Of a DNA stretch of 36,379 nucleotides, positions 12,501 through 23,317 are shown piece by piece. Location of the stretch: the NCBI GenBank assembly GCA_002633005.1, contig NMRA01000122.1, positions 137,992 through 174,370 of the forward strand. The letters run 5' to 3'. The notes beneath the pieces are model-generated. The model did not search any database, was not told where the DNA came from, and worked only from the letters and a program-made list of their open reading frames with translations. Numbering within the stretch: position 1 is the stretch's first letter; the number at the start of each line of letters is the position of its first letter. The translations under genes were made by a program, and so were the position numbers. Source of the DNA: Phoronis australis (lineage: Eukaryota > Animalia > Phoronida).

Positions 12501-15500
12501 CTGTACTCCGATTTAGTCCAAGTGTTAGTCGAGTTTGAGTTAGAGATTAGACTGCGGTCTCAACATTGTTTTGGGGTGTGTTGGAGAAGCGACCCAGAGT
12601 ATGGAAACGTTATGTAGGATAGGTTTTAGAGATAGCCAAGAAGGTTGACAGTCAGTTGGCTTATTGCAAGTTATTCCTTTTACTGTTGGAATATCTGTAC
12701 TTTCTGCTTAGGTGAGAACCTACTGGGGCTCGTTAGCTTCATAGGTAGCTCCACCAACTTGTCCGATGGCACTCAACCTGGTCGGCTAGATAAGATGGTG
12801 TATTTCGACGTGTTTGGCCTCTTCCTCGTCTCCTATTCATTCACACTGGCTAAAGTGGCTTCTACAGGTGTTATTCTGCTTGTGCTAGGAAGGACTCTCA
12901 GTAAAATATCAAAACTAAGCTATGGCAAGTATTGTAATGCCTCTGGCTTTGGCTAAATATGTACTTAAACACTTAAACTAAAAGTAACTATCTAATATCG
13001 TAGATTAAATATGTAAGTTTTTACTCTGTGTTAATCCCTGACTCGGAATATTACATATCTGGTGTCAAGAGAGTATTTGCAGTTTAAGCAGTGCTTTGTC
13101 TTCCCTGTATAGTTATTTCAATGCAGTCACCACTTTCATTGGTGTGCCCATTATGCACTCGAGTTCCTATGATTTTTAACCCTAACCTTGGAAATAACTT
13201 AATATAATAAAACTACAACAGTCAAAGCTAGAACAATCAAGTTTTACAGTGACGAAATCCTTACCGCCACTTTAAAGTGGATTAAAGTCCTTCAATGATT
13301 TTCTATTCTTTTTCATTAACAAAAACATTAACTATAATGATGTAGAATGACGCTACCAATGAGCTATATATGTCATATTTATCTCATTGGACGCTATTTC
13401 CTTACGTACCATTTGCACGTCATTCGTTCCAGTCGCTATTTAGTACAATACAAGAGTATTTGACATTCAGTATGAAAGTTATTCATCCTCAGAGGCTCAT
13501 TGCGAGGGAATCTGGTCGCATTTTCGTTTTTCAAATTTAGCGGAAATACTTCACCTCACATTATAAGTGTTGCATTTTGTCAAATATTTGTTATGCCAAA
13601 ATACCAAAGGGCAGCGGAAATGCGACTAATTTTTAGAACTTGAGTTTGGCGGACGAAGCCAATTTAAAGTGTACGTTATAGGCGAGAAAGGTGATTTTCG
13701 GAGATCGGCCTCACCTCGGAATCGAACTTAGAGCCCCCATTTGCAGTTAAACACTCTGCTGGCTGAGCTAAATCCCACTCGATGACTGGTAGAGTAATTT
13801 AAAAGTGTTTAACTGGTACACTCACAGCCTTCAGATGTCTGACGGCAGCGACAATTCGTTATTTGTAATAAAATCCTAAGAAGAATGGGTTCTGTTGTTT
13901 TATGCCGCTGGTCAATGCCAACAACTTCATGGACTCTGTCCCAACCAACAATAATCCAAAAATACGTTTCTCTACCGTAAAACCTATAATGTCCATTTAA
14001 TAGTCTTTTGAGTTCCATTAAACGTTGTCGTGATATAATTAAGTAAAACGTATTTCTGAAAGATTAATAATCCGGAGGTGCAAATCAAATCTTGCACACG
14101 TATCACCCCGTGCTTTTAAAAAAATACTGTAATTTTCCCATTTAATAATTGTATAAACCCATGATTTTGCGGTTTTCTTCTTTTGTATACATTTCAGGAA
14201 TGTCTTCGTCAGGAAGCTGCAAACATTTGTGTTTAGCGATGCTCAGTCATTGGTCGTCGTGGCTGGCCGCCATATTAACCAATGTGACGATAGCTGTTGT
14301 TCTCACTACTATTGGTCGATCACTCTCATGGTATACGAACTGCTGGCTTCTGATTGGACTATACATTTGTCCCTCGATTTTATGCATAATTCTTTTGCAT
14401 GATAATTTCTTCAGAACCTTAATGTCTGTAAGTGTACGTGTTATATTTCATTTTTACATTATTACTCGTTTTTCCAGTTTAAAGTTTGAAGTATTGTTTT
14501 TGCTCAGGATTCAAATTTATGAACGAGCTGCAGTTATAAATTTCAGTTGTAAATAATTAGGGCTAAGATTTTAGGAATAGCCATATTGCTACTGTTCATA
14601 AGCCAGGGGATTTTTGTTCTGTTAAGAAAGGAGCAATTCCGTGGTACAACATATATGCGCCAGTGTTAAGAGATATAACCCCTGTGACCTATTAGAAATT
14701 CCCAGTATTTGCCTTCACTTCTGCCTGTTCCTTCCTTTGCAGGTTAGTGACTGGCGTGTTTCGGAGGACCTCATGTTTGATGCCTGTCAGCTCGTTTTGT
14801 GCTGTCTACTTGGCGTGACCACCGGCGCTGGACTAACATCTGGTTACGTTTTTTTCGTCATGGTCTTGTTCCCTCTGCTCGGAAGGTGGGCCATGACGAG
14901 AATGGCCAGTCGCAGATACATCGCAGGTACAGAGCTGTTAAGCGTTATATACGGAGTGAGGAGGTGTTTACAGGTATTCTTACTATTGTATAGCCTATTT
15001 AGTGATTATATACCTCAGGGTCGGCGTCTCACGACTCGCAGGTTACATCCGGCCCCCAACTGTACTGTCCGCGATCACTAACGCATGGTTTTAGCCCAAG
15101 AACAGTTTAAACTCAGGGAGATCGACCTCGCTGAACAAGAACAAAACGTGTAGGAAGAATTTACATGGACCTCGCCAGAATAGCTATTCATAGAACGTGG
15201 TAATTTGCTAAACTAGTTTTGCATCGGTTGTACGAGATCCATGATAGCAGCCGGGGCCAATTAAAACAAATTCTCTTGGCAAGTACGAAACACAACCATG
15301 GTTTTCAAGGATTGGACTGCATAGGGTAGAAATAATTAAAATCAATACAATACACTGGCGTAGGTTAGTGAAATTCAATGATTATTACAGACAGAAAGTA
15401 AAACACTTTTACTGCCTCTTTCTACTCATGTATTTGTTGCTATCTCTTGGAGTATTTTCCTCCTACTTCTCTGGTCTTCTTTCTGTCAATGTGCACATTT

Positions 15501-18049
15501 TCGTGTGCGGTCTGTCTATGTACATGTATACCTAGCTACCTGCACTCTTGGCGTGTTTAACTGCATCTATCTTTCTATCGATCATTATATATTTATTTAT
15601 CTGTCTACGTGTTTGTTTGTTTGTAGATCTATTCCGAAATATTCGTTTATGCTCCACCCCATTTCTTTTGCACTAAATGGTGCAGAGTTATTTAGAGATT
15701 TGTGCTGAAACAATAACCATTATCCCATAGACAAATGATAGGTACCTCCTAATGAATGAGTTAATTGTTTTTCAGAGAGGCCGTGGCACTTTTTGGCTGC
15801 TCACTTAGCTGGTCAGTTTGTTCCATGCATCGTTCTCAATAGCCCCATTTATACAGCATTCCAAATGTTCATACCTTTAATGGGCCGAACAGGGTCAGAG
15901 GTCGTGCCTGATGTACCAATCAGCATCCTAGCTGCCAGTGCTGTGGTTTTGTTGATGTCGTATCAGGTATTGTTGTTGTACCATGTATTGGGCTTTACTG
16001 TAAAAAATCACCGACACCTACTGTTTTGTTATTTTAAAAGGATGTTTTTCCTGTTTTGGTGGTTTCACCCAAAGCTGGTTCTGTCACCTGCTGCACCTAA
16101 GGAAAAGCAAAATTCCTTTGTGACCCTTCATTAGTGAATCTCAAAGCACATCCTGTGTTTCCTGACTGGTGCTCCATACTTGCCAACCTTTTTGTTATAC
16201 CATCGAAAATTTCTAGAAAAGTATCAAAACGTAGTACAAATCTTCTTAAAGTAGTGCCAGAGGCGCGTCGCACGACGTACTTCGCTGCCACCTTCGAGGT
16301 CCGTTTTGTCCTCCCTAATCGCCACCAATTTTTTTCTGAATTTTTAATTCTTAATGTTTATTCATCTAAAAAGTTAATTTGCAATTCCAAAAGAGTTATT
16401 TTGGTGCCTCTTGGTGTCCCTTCAGTGAATGCCAGCCGTTACCTTCTACGACTTGGTGATTGCCTGAAAGAATCCATACATACCATGTATACCTTGGTGA
16501 GCTAAGGTCAAATGAGATTACTCACGGGTCTACTGGTTATCATTGATAGAAAAATGAATAATTTTTTTATTCACTCTCTTGTAATGTTTTTGATAGTTTT
16601 TACACTTTAGTAAATACTAGCAAACGGGTAGGAGGCGGAATGCAATATATTATGGAGATTGCAAGAATAAATATCCGGCATGTTCTTTAAAATCATTGAT
16701 GTAGCTCTGAATAGGCCAATTGCTTTTAGGCCGGTGATTGAGGTATATGCATTGTAACTGCCGAAAGTACATTTTTGAAATAACGTTTTTGAGTACAGTG
16801 ATTTTTTTGGAATACGTCCTTATTTGGTTTGGCAGTGTTAAAAAATCTTGGATTTTTAACTGGATATGGGTTCTACAAGATAGGCTTACATAGAAATTCA
16901 GCTCTCTTCGTTAATGTGGTTTTTGTCGCTTGATTTTCTATTTACAGGTAGGATTTATCTACGCCTGTAAAGACTGCCGACTAGTTAAAAGCGCGTTGAC
17001 GTCCTTATTTGGGGTTTCCATTATGATTGCAGTTTTTACGTCACAGGGATTTCCATATAGTGGCAATCCAAACTCTCCGAGTCCTCAACGGTTTGTAATA
17101 AACGTAAGACATTCTTATAAACATCATCAAAAAATATTTGTCTCTCGAAATTAATATTGTAATTAAACAATTTTAATTGCGTATTTGAATTCTTGTTTTT
17201 ACATATGATTGAAATTCCAGTGTATTGTGCAATAAGAATTACCGTCCGAACAATAAAATGAAGCTATCAAAACTTACTGTAAACGTCTCAGTTTATTATG
17301 TAGGATGGGTAGTTCAGCCTGAGACGTTTACTAATTTTATCCCAACGTATGAACGTGTTTTCGTCAGTTCTTTCTTTATCCATTAACACATTAGCTGAGT
17401 TTCGAAATAGCCGCGCCATATTAAAATTCACTATCCCGCTAGACAGTGACCAGGCCTTCGATGGACAGATGTTCAGCGCCACCTACAGATACCAGGAATG
17501 GGAGGTTTAAGCCTACTGGTACAAACAACGTTTTAACACTTTTCTTACTATCACAGTGTCGGAAAATTACCACTGCTGTGCAGTGGAATATATTAATGCC
17601 TTAGGGAAAAAGCAAACCTTTTAAAATATCTATGGATGAACAAGTATATATTGTTCCATACATTTCCCAATGTCAAGAAGAATCCGCGACAGTCAGTGTC
17701 TGCGGCTGGTAAAGGGGAAGAATTTCGATCACAGCCGGTGTCAAAAAGTTGTAATGAATTAGTAAACTTAAACTAATCTAATAGTCGGAGGAGCTGACAC
17801 TGTAGTAATTCAATATTTGTCCTCCAAATCAAAGTAGGGGTCCAGTGGAAGTCACCTTTGTGCTCCCGTTCCTGTAGAGAGCGCCAATATGAAAGGTCCC
17901 CTATTCTTTTCTCACAAGCCCTTGTTCTCTTCTCATTAACCGTAGTCCAGTTCTTATGAGAACGGTTCCTTTTTCATCAACCGCGTTTCATTTCTTGGAT
18001 GACCGAAGGCACATATTGGACGTGCTTGGCACCATTCAGCGTGTGTCTG

Positions 18050-18092
<43 letters not shown>

Positions 18093-21000
18093 AACACAAA
18101 CAAACACACACACACACATCGTAAGAAAAAAAATACTATACATCAGGAAAGAAGTGCAACTCTGTGAAAAGAAGTAATTTGGCGAGAAATAAATGACAAA
18201 TGTTGGTAATGAGAACGTCCTTGTGGTCCGTGACAGTAAAGATTGCCTTATAGTGACAATTAAAATCAAAGAGAAAAACTGATCAGCAAGGTGACTAAGT
18301 TGATGGCGGAGTTCATACCATGCTATCATGGTAGAAACATGTTCGTGAAAATGGATACTTGGAAGAAGGAAAGTGTTTCAAGACTTACTGTAATTAGTGC
18401 GAGTAAAACATAAACGTGTTCGCCGACATGAAACTTATATTGCGGAACCGGAAACAGCTAATTACATACTAGCAACGCCAGCTATTGAGTAGCGATAAAA
18501 CAAAGCAATATTGAAACAGAAAGTGATGACTAAAACTGGGCGAGAGGTTCCAAATGTGATCTCTGAAGGGAATAGTGGCTGCCTTGTGGGAAATATGACT
18601 GGAGACAAGCGGGTAGAAACTCGCGATTACCAAGTGAATGTTTATTGGTTTTACACTCGCAGTGTCAAAGTATTGATTTCATTTGACTGTGACAACTCTA
18701 GGCATACATTTATAGGTGTTCATTTCATTTTTCAGCACATTTATCGAACATTCTCTAATGCGACAGGAAGTTCTACGGATTCGGGCATACTCATTATACC
18801 CTTTGATTACAATGGTATCAGTAAACTGCCCTCAGATATCACAGGTCTCTCAGAGGCCGCCCCGGCATTGTGCGAAGACGCCCCCTATTGTGGGTGGCCT
18901 TATTACTTCCCCGTGATCAACATTTTCAAGTAGGTATAAATTCTGGATTTTTAAAACTTACATTTCGCCTTGTGTAGCAGACTTAAAACGAAAATCAAAT
19001 TGGGGCTTTTAGTATGAGAAAATGGGTCTCGTAATATTCGAAAATGGTGCATGTCAGCATTGTCTGATTTGATTTGCCAGCTAATCAGGGCGACATGCAG
19101 CTTTACTTCTGCACGCACACCAACAAGTCGATTTTTAATGTATTGTATTTGACTTTGACTGTGATAGATGATAGTTCGTGACAGCAATAAGCTTTCAAGT
19201 CAGAAGCATTTATAATTTTGACAGGAGCTCTAATTTTACGTGTTGTAAGAGATTAGGCCAAGGTGCCGAAAAGTCTTGTGCTTAGCTTCCTATTATCATC
19301 ATCATCATCACCACTACCATCGTCATCATCACCAGCTCCGACATCATCCTTATGCGTTGTCCCCGTCGTTTTCGTCATTTCCTTAACCATGCTTACCGCT
19401 GTCCTCGTCGTCATTATCAATGTCACTGTTATGATTACAGGCAAATGGTTTACATTCCCGCTCCCGCTCCTGTCTTATTCCCTACTCTGTCTGTTCGGTC
19501 ACGTGCTGAGATCATAAACAAGCATACACAGCTTCTTCATCTCACCGTCGCAGGTAGGTGGACAGTGCTTTAGTGGTGCGTAGGCGCACGTAGGCGCAGC
19601 CAACCACCTATTGGTATTTGAACGAAGCGCCTACGTACCGTAAGTTACGCTCAGTGCTCAAAGTGATACGGTGGGCTTTGGGCGCCTACCTAACTTTAAT
19701 TTTACCACTACAGCACTGTAGGTGGATGTGTTCATTATCATTATCAATAGACCACTAGACCACTTCAGGGTCTCCAAAATGGCAGAAAAATGAGTCGAAA
19801 TCTTCATGTGTTCTACGGAATCACACCGTCTTTTCGTGTTAACAGATACTTATTCTCTTAAATGGTTGAAACGAAACTTTGCTCGGTAATTCTCGTCAAT
19901 TGTCAATAAATTTTGTCAAGCGTGACTAACGCTTTGAACAAAACGACAGCTCCTAGAAAAGAGTGTCCTGAACCACAGTGATGGCATGATTTAGCGGGAA
20001 AATGTGTTAATCACTGAGGACCAGACAGCTGGTGATGGATCCAGTTTTGTGTCAATTCACCAAAAACAGGATTTTGCGATGCTTTGAAATTGAGAGCTAT
20101 ACTGTACTGTCAATTACCCATTCCTATTGTCTGCGTAAAATGATTACGTTATCATGGAGACCACTGTAACAGTATAGCTGTTGGTATTTAGCACCGGTAT
20201 GTGCTAATAACGCAATCTGTGCCGAGATAAGTGTCTTTGGTCCACCCATCCATTAACCGTTTCTCTTAACAGGTCCAAATCACATTAACCTCTTTGTACG
20301 GCCTGTAGAGGGCGTCATGCTGACAAACTGGTCGACTGAAGGCGCCGGTGAACCCAAGCCATGCACACTACCAGCTGAGGCCAGGATAACCAGACCAACA
20401 TACTTCATGTTTTTCTCGTATGGTCAACTACCCAAGGAACCATGGTCATTTTGGTTGAAGTTCATGGTTAGGTTATGTGCACTGGAGTTGTCAGTCTTGG
20501 CGTAGATTCATTAAGGTTATGTAGGACTGCATGGTGTACTTAGCCAAATATTTATAAAACTATAGATTTTTAAGTCAGTTAAGGAGAATACCACCCGATT
20601 TAATTAGTCTTTTTACCGTCTTAATCGGTCTATATCCTCATCACCTCGTATATGGTCGATCTTACCTCGCCGAGGGGTGTCGCGTTAACCTGTGAGGAAG
20701 GTGAGAAACGACGCAGTGACGTCAGTGGTTCTTCTGCAGAGTAAGTGCCGCTATGGTGTGGTGTATCGTTCCCGCTTGTGTGAACTGTGAAGGTGCAAGG
20801 AAAACGGGTATATCGTTTTTTCGATTTCCTCGAGAGTGCATAATGCTATTGAAGTGGCTCCCGGTAATATTAAAATACCAAGTATGAGGCCGGAAAATTC
20901 TCCGTGTCTGTCAGTGGCCGGCATTTTTCTTCGACATATATTTCACTTACGGTCGAATGCTCGCTTACCAAACAGCTCATGCCAGGGCAGAAAAAGAGAC

Positions 21001-23317
21001 TGAGGCTGAAGTCATATGTTGTGCCTAGTGTGTTTGCGTGCGGCAGGCAGGGGACAAAGAAACGCAGATCTCTGGGTTGTTTATCATGTTTTGGTTATGG
21101 AGAATTGTAATTGGCCATGAAAACATTACAGTTAATTCAAGGCGTGAGAACATAACATTTTATATAACATGTTCGTCAGGCTTCTGTTTGGTCCTCTGGG
21201 GTAGGATGTTTTCACCAGTTCTTTTTCTCACCCCTAACAGACGTCGTAAGGACATCTCTGTTTAGATGCGGTGCAAAATTAGGATGGTCCGTGAGACACA
21301 CCTGCGCTTCTCCAAGAAGGCGTTTCACTTGCGGAAATTTGTGGCAGCAAACGCAAGCGTCAGTCGTTCTCATTATAGTGCAGTTAGCTCACTGACACCA
21401 TGACAAGTCATTCAAACGGTTTTCGAAAATATTCATATGTTCCGTTGCCTGCGCACGTTCACGGAGCCTCTTTAGTATTTCTTGATTAGTGTATTCCGGT
21501 TCAAGCTGATAGCCGGGGAAACCTATAAAATCTTCGTCGGATGAGCACTCTTCCAAGTCGGGACTGCAAATTGCGTTCTGGTTCAAAATGAATTATTCTC
21601 ACCCTAACTAATGCTTCTATAAAACTGAAACAAAGTATGTTTCATTAGATACAATTTGTAATGCCGTGGTCTGTTCGTGAGTGCAAAAGTTTTGAGAAGC
21701 CAGCAATGAATAAATCACTGCGTTACCGGCTTTAGATGTAATAAAGCTAACTGACCGTCCACAGAGGCCGTGTGAGCTCATGCTAATTCAGTGTTTGCTG
21801 ACAGAAAGCTGTTGTGAAACAATTACTCGATTTTATATGGTATGGTCAGATGTTAGGGGAATCTTTATTTAGATATTCATATACATAATTTGGATAGTTG
21901 TTACTTTACGACTTTTGCCCTAACGGTTCTGTGGAAGGGTAACCTGACTTCGCGGCCCCCGACGAGCTAGTAAGTAGATTTGCAGTTTTGCGGCTAATTC
22001 ACCAAAATAATCACGTGCACATTGTTTCTTTGGCTCACTAGTACAGTCTTTTTGTGACTGGAAGTTTAGCTTCCTGGTTTATGTTCGTGATGTCTTCAGT
22101 CCGGAAGCGATTGGCCTGATCGGGTTCCGAGCCACTGGACGGGATAGCAAGCGTTTTGTGTGTTTAGAACTCAAAATAATCGCAAGTCTAAAATTACCAC
22201 ACACAGCTCTCCTGTCTGTATTTTGCGGTCGAATAATTCGAATTTATCACCGAACAGACCCCAAACTCCCGCGACCGACCTTGGTAAATTGTCCTACCGA
22301 ACTTTGTAGGCTACGGTACGTTCAAATACCTAAAAATGAGTAACAGCGAAATATAACAACACGTTTGTTCAATAGTTCGCATTTTGATGATTTATTGGTG
22401 TAAAACGATGAATTCAAGCGATAAGCTGACACCAGTAAGCATGTTGTGAACTGCTGACCTGACTGCGTTCGAACCTCTGACGTCATTGGTTAATTTCAAC
22501 ACCTATGTCTGCCGTCAGGTGTCATGGAAAAGAGCTGTACTTGCTGTTATCGAGTGGAACTACTCGATCTAAATTGATACAAAGTAGGTTGTGTTTTGGT
22601 GGCATTCTCCTTTAACGGTGTTTTGGAGAATAGTGCATAAAGCACTGTAAGCCTCATATGAATATGAGCAGCCGTGTCTGAGAAGTGGTGTTCTAAAGAC
22701 AAATTTGGAGATTTTCCTACATAACCTTAAAGCGTTGTCATGGGTTGTGATCTGCGAGTATATAGTTATAGATGTTAAATATACTATAAACTATGCCCTG
22801 GTGTTATGAAGATCACCTTTCTTCGTTCCGTATTTGCTCTTTCTAAGGTCTAAAGCCTAGGACCAAAAAATGAAAAAATGAAAGATCTGTCGCTTAAGCC
22901 AGCTAAACACGGCTAAAATCAGCTTCGAAAAAATTTCTCAAATGAACAAACCTTTTCTCCTTGCTCTGTTGTGATTTTGTTTCAAGGTGATCAGATTTAC
23001 ATAAAAATGTTGGGTGAATAGAAATAACGCAATAAATGAGATGCCTATTTTGCTTTATATTTATTTATTCAAATTGCAAATGTGAAGACATTGCTTAATT
23101 GCTTAATTGAATTGTTTCTCGTATTCTATGAACGGTTTCTTGGTTTCAGTTACCTGACGGTTACAATCAACGGAAGATAGTTGAAATAGCATTCAGCAGT
23201 CACTACTTGGATGGAGAGTTCAGAGCCGATAAATATGCTAAGTCATTTTTGTCCAAGTTTCCCAATTGGACCGTACCAGTGCTTTGGTCTGCAGCTTATG
23301 AGGTTATGGAATTCTAA
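5945..23317 (+). CDS. ERMP1: Endoplasmic reticulum metallopeptidase 1 (M28 family, multi-pass), 13 coding exons: 5945-6506, 7244-7371, 11367-11619, 11913-12005, 12712-12924, 14198-14427, 14743-14926, 15776-15966, 16948-17103, 18736-18929, 19441-19553, 20273-20466, 23150-23317
   Basis: Exons join in phase to 2679 nt (892 aa plus stop). M28 motifs [60 protein letters not shown] and [10 protein letters not shown] are present, followed by several TM segments and an ERMP1-type C-terminus (FPNWT...YEVMEF*). Confidence 0.95.
7244..7371 (+). CDS. ERMP1: ERMP1 coding exon 2
   Basis: tag|GT GGC AGC GAT GAT, giving [13 protein letters not shown]...[10 protein letters not shown]; donor gttggt. Confidence 0.95.
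8596..9437. mobile_element. Non-autonomous IS3EU-like DNA transposon (foldback MITE) with internal ~20-bp palindromic array
   Basis: Perfect 31-bp TIRs starting TACGGTGGCCCGAAAG; 6-bp TSD catttg (8590-8595, 9438-9443). TAY..RTA ends with a 6-bp TSD match the IS3EU superfamily. Confidence 0.85.
8657..9380. repeat. Tandem array of 20-21-bp units (GGTGGAAAYTATTTTCACCTG / TTTCAACCTA variants), orientation flips near 9223-9230
   Basis: Directly visible; roughly 35 units. Confidence 0.95.
11367..11619 (+). CDS. ERMP1: ERMP1 coding exon 3
   Basis: AAG acceptor; [34 protein letters not shown]...[19 protein letters not shown]; donor gtaatg. This frame is not in the supplied ORF track. Confidence 0.95.
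11913..12005 (+). CDS. ERMP1: ERMP1 coding exon 4
   Basis: [31 protein letters not shown]; canonical ag/gt boundaries. Confidence 0.95.
12712..12924 (+). CDS. ERMP1: ERMP1 coding exon 5 (probable GC donor)
   Basis: GENLLGLV...[14 protein letters not shown]; the best phase-compatible donor is G|gcaagt. Confidence 0.85.
13707..13777 (-). mobile_element. tRNA-Cys-like SINE head or tRNA pseudogene
   Basis: The - strand reads GGGATTTAGCTCAGCCAGCAGAGTGTTTAACTGCAAATGGGGGCTCTAAGTTCGATTCCGAGG: A-box TAGCTCAG, GCA anticodon context, B-box GTTCGATTCC. The acceptor stem does not pair. Confidence 0.6.
14198..14427 (+). CDS. ERMP1: ERMP1 coding exon 6
   Basis: tttcag acceptor; TM segments with [20 protein letters not shown]; donor gtaagt. 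Confidence 0.9.
14743..14926 (+). CDS. ERMP1: ERMP1 coding exon 7
   Basis: ttgcag acceptor; LMFDA...[17 protein letters not shown]; donor gtacag. Confidence 0.9.
15776..15966 (+). CDS. ERMP1: ERMP1 coding exon 8
   Basis: [18 protein letters not shown] motif; canonical splice sites in phase. Confidence 0.92.
16948..17103 (+). CDS. ERMP1: ERMP1 coding exon 9
   Basis: Last TM segment plus [16 protein letters not shown]; ttacag acceptor, gtaaga donor. Confidence 0.92.
18051..18118. repeat. (CA)n microsatellite with CAAA interruptions
   Basis: Directly visible. Confidence 0.95.
18736..18929 (+). CDS. ERMP1: ERMP1 coding exon 10
   Basis: HIYRTF...[13 protein letters not shown]...[14 protein letters not shown]; donor gtaggt. 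Confidence 0.92.
19292..19432. repeat. Degenerate (ATC/GTC)n tract just upstream of the ERMP1 exon 11 acceptor
   Basis: Directly visible. Confidence 0.75.
19441..19553 (+). CDS. ERMP1: ERMP1 coding exon 11
   Basis: [10 protein letters not shown]...LHLTVA; phases match both neighbouring exons. Confidence 0.88.
19563..19718. mobile_element. hAT-type MITE (156 bp)
   Basis: TIRs CAGTGCTTTAGTGGT / ACCACTACAGCACTG (14/15 match); 8-bp TSD taggtgga (19555-19562, 19719-19726). Confidence 0.88.
20273..20466 (+). CDS. ERMP1: ERMP1 coding exon 12
   Basis: [21 protein letters not shown]...YFMFFSYG...PWSFWL; donor gttagg. Confidence 0.92.
20753..21070 (+). pseudogene. THAP zinc-finger N-terminus of a Kolobok transposase (frameshifted, truncated)
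   Basis: [10 protein letters not shown]...[10 protein letters not shown].....KW, a frameshift, then GRHF...[13 protein letters not shown] (C2CH and AVPTIF-box-like). No DDE core follows. Confidence 0.75.
21190..21586 (-). pseudogene. KolX-like / P2X7 C-terminal (ballast) cysteine-rich protein relic
   Basis: GYQLEPEY...[27 protein letters not shown]...[15 protein letters not shown], with in-frame TGAs. Confidence 0.75.
23150..23317 (+). CDS. ERMP1: ERMP1 terminal coding exon
   Basis: [19 protein letters not shown]...[23 protein letters not shown]; tttcag acceptor. Confidence 0.92.
   Translation, partial: LPDGYNQRKIVEIAFSSHYLDGEFRADKYAKSFLSKFPNWTVPVLWSAAYEVMEF

Larger units (their letters stand above)
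20583..22611. mobile_element. Internally deleted Kolobok DNA transposon
   Basis: TIRs GGAGAATACCACC / GGTGGCATTCTCC next to TTAA (20579-20582, 22612-22615); contains convergent THAP and KolX-like relics; TGACGTCA near both ends. Confidence 0.82.
20515..22726. mobile_element. Outer TTAA-specific TIR element (Kolobok-type MITE or composite)
   Basis: Perfect 12-bp TIRs GGTTATGTAGGA / TCCTACATAACC flanked by TTAA at 20511-20514 and 22727-22730. Confidence 0.8.

Noticed and set aside
13707-13777. Functional tRNA-Cys gene
   Set aside because: The acceptor stem cannot pair, the D-loop GG is lost and there is no clear terminator.
16097-16291. Minus-strand ORF loosely like a hAT transposase segment
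   Set aside because: No TRW motif or other clear residues, and no TIRs found.
17956-18329. THTH and CVCV ORFs
   Set aside because: Translations of the (CA)n microsatellite.
19253-19517. Poly-Asp ORF and Ser/TM-like ORF
   Set aside because: They come from the (ATC)n tract; only 19441-19553 is the real exon.
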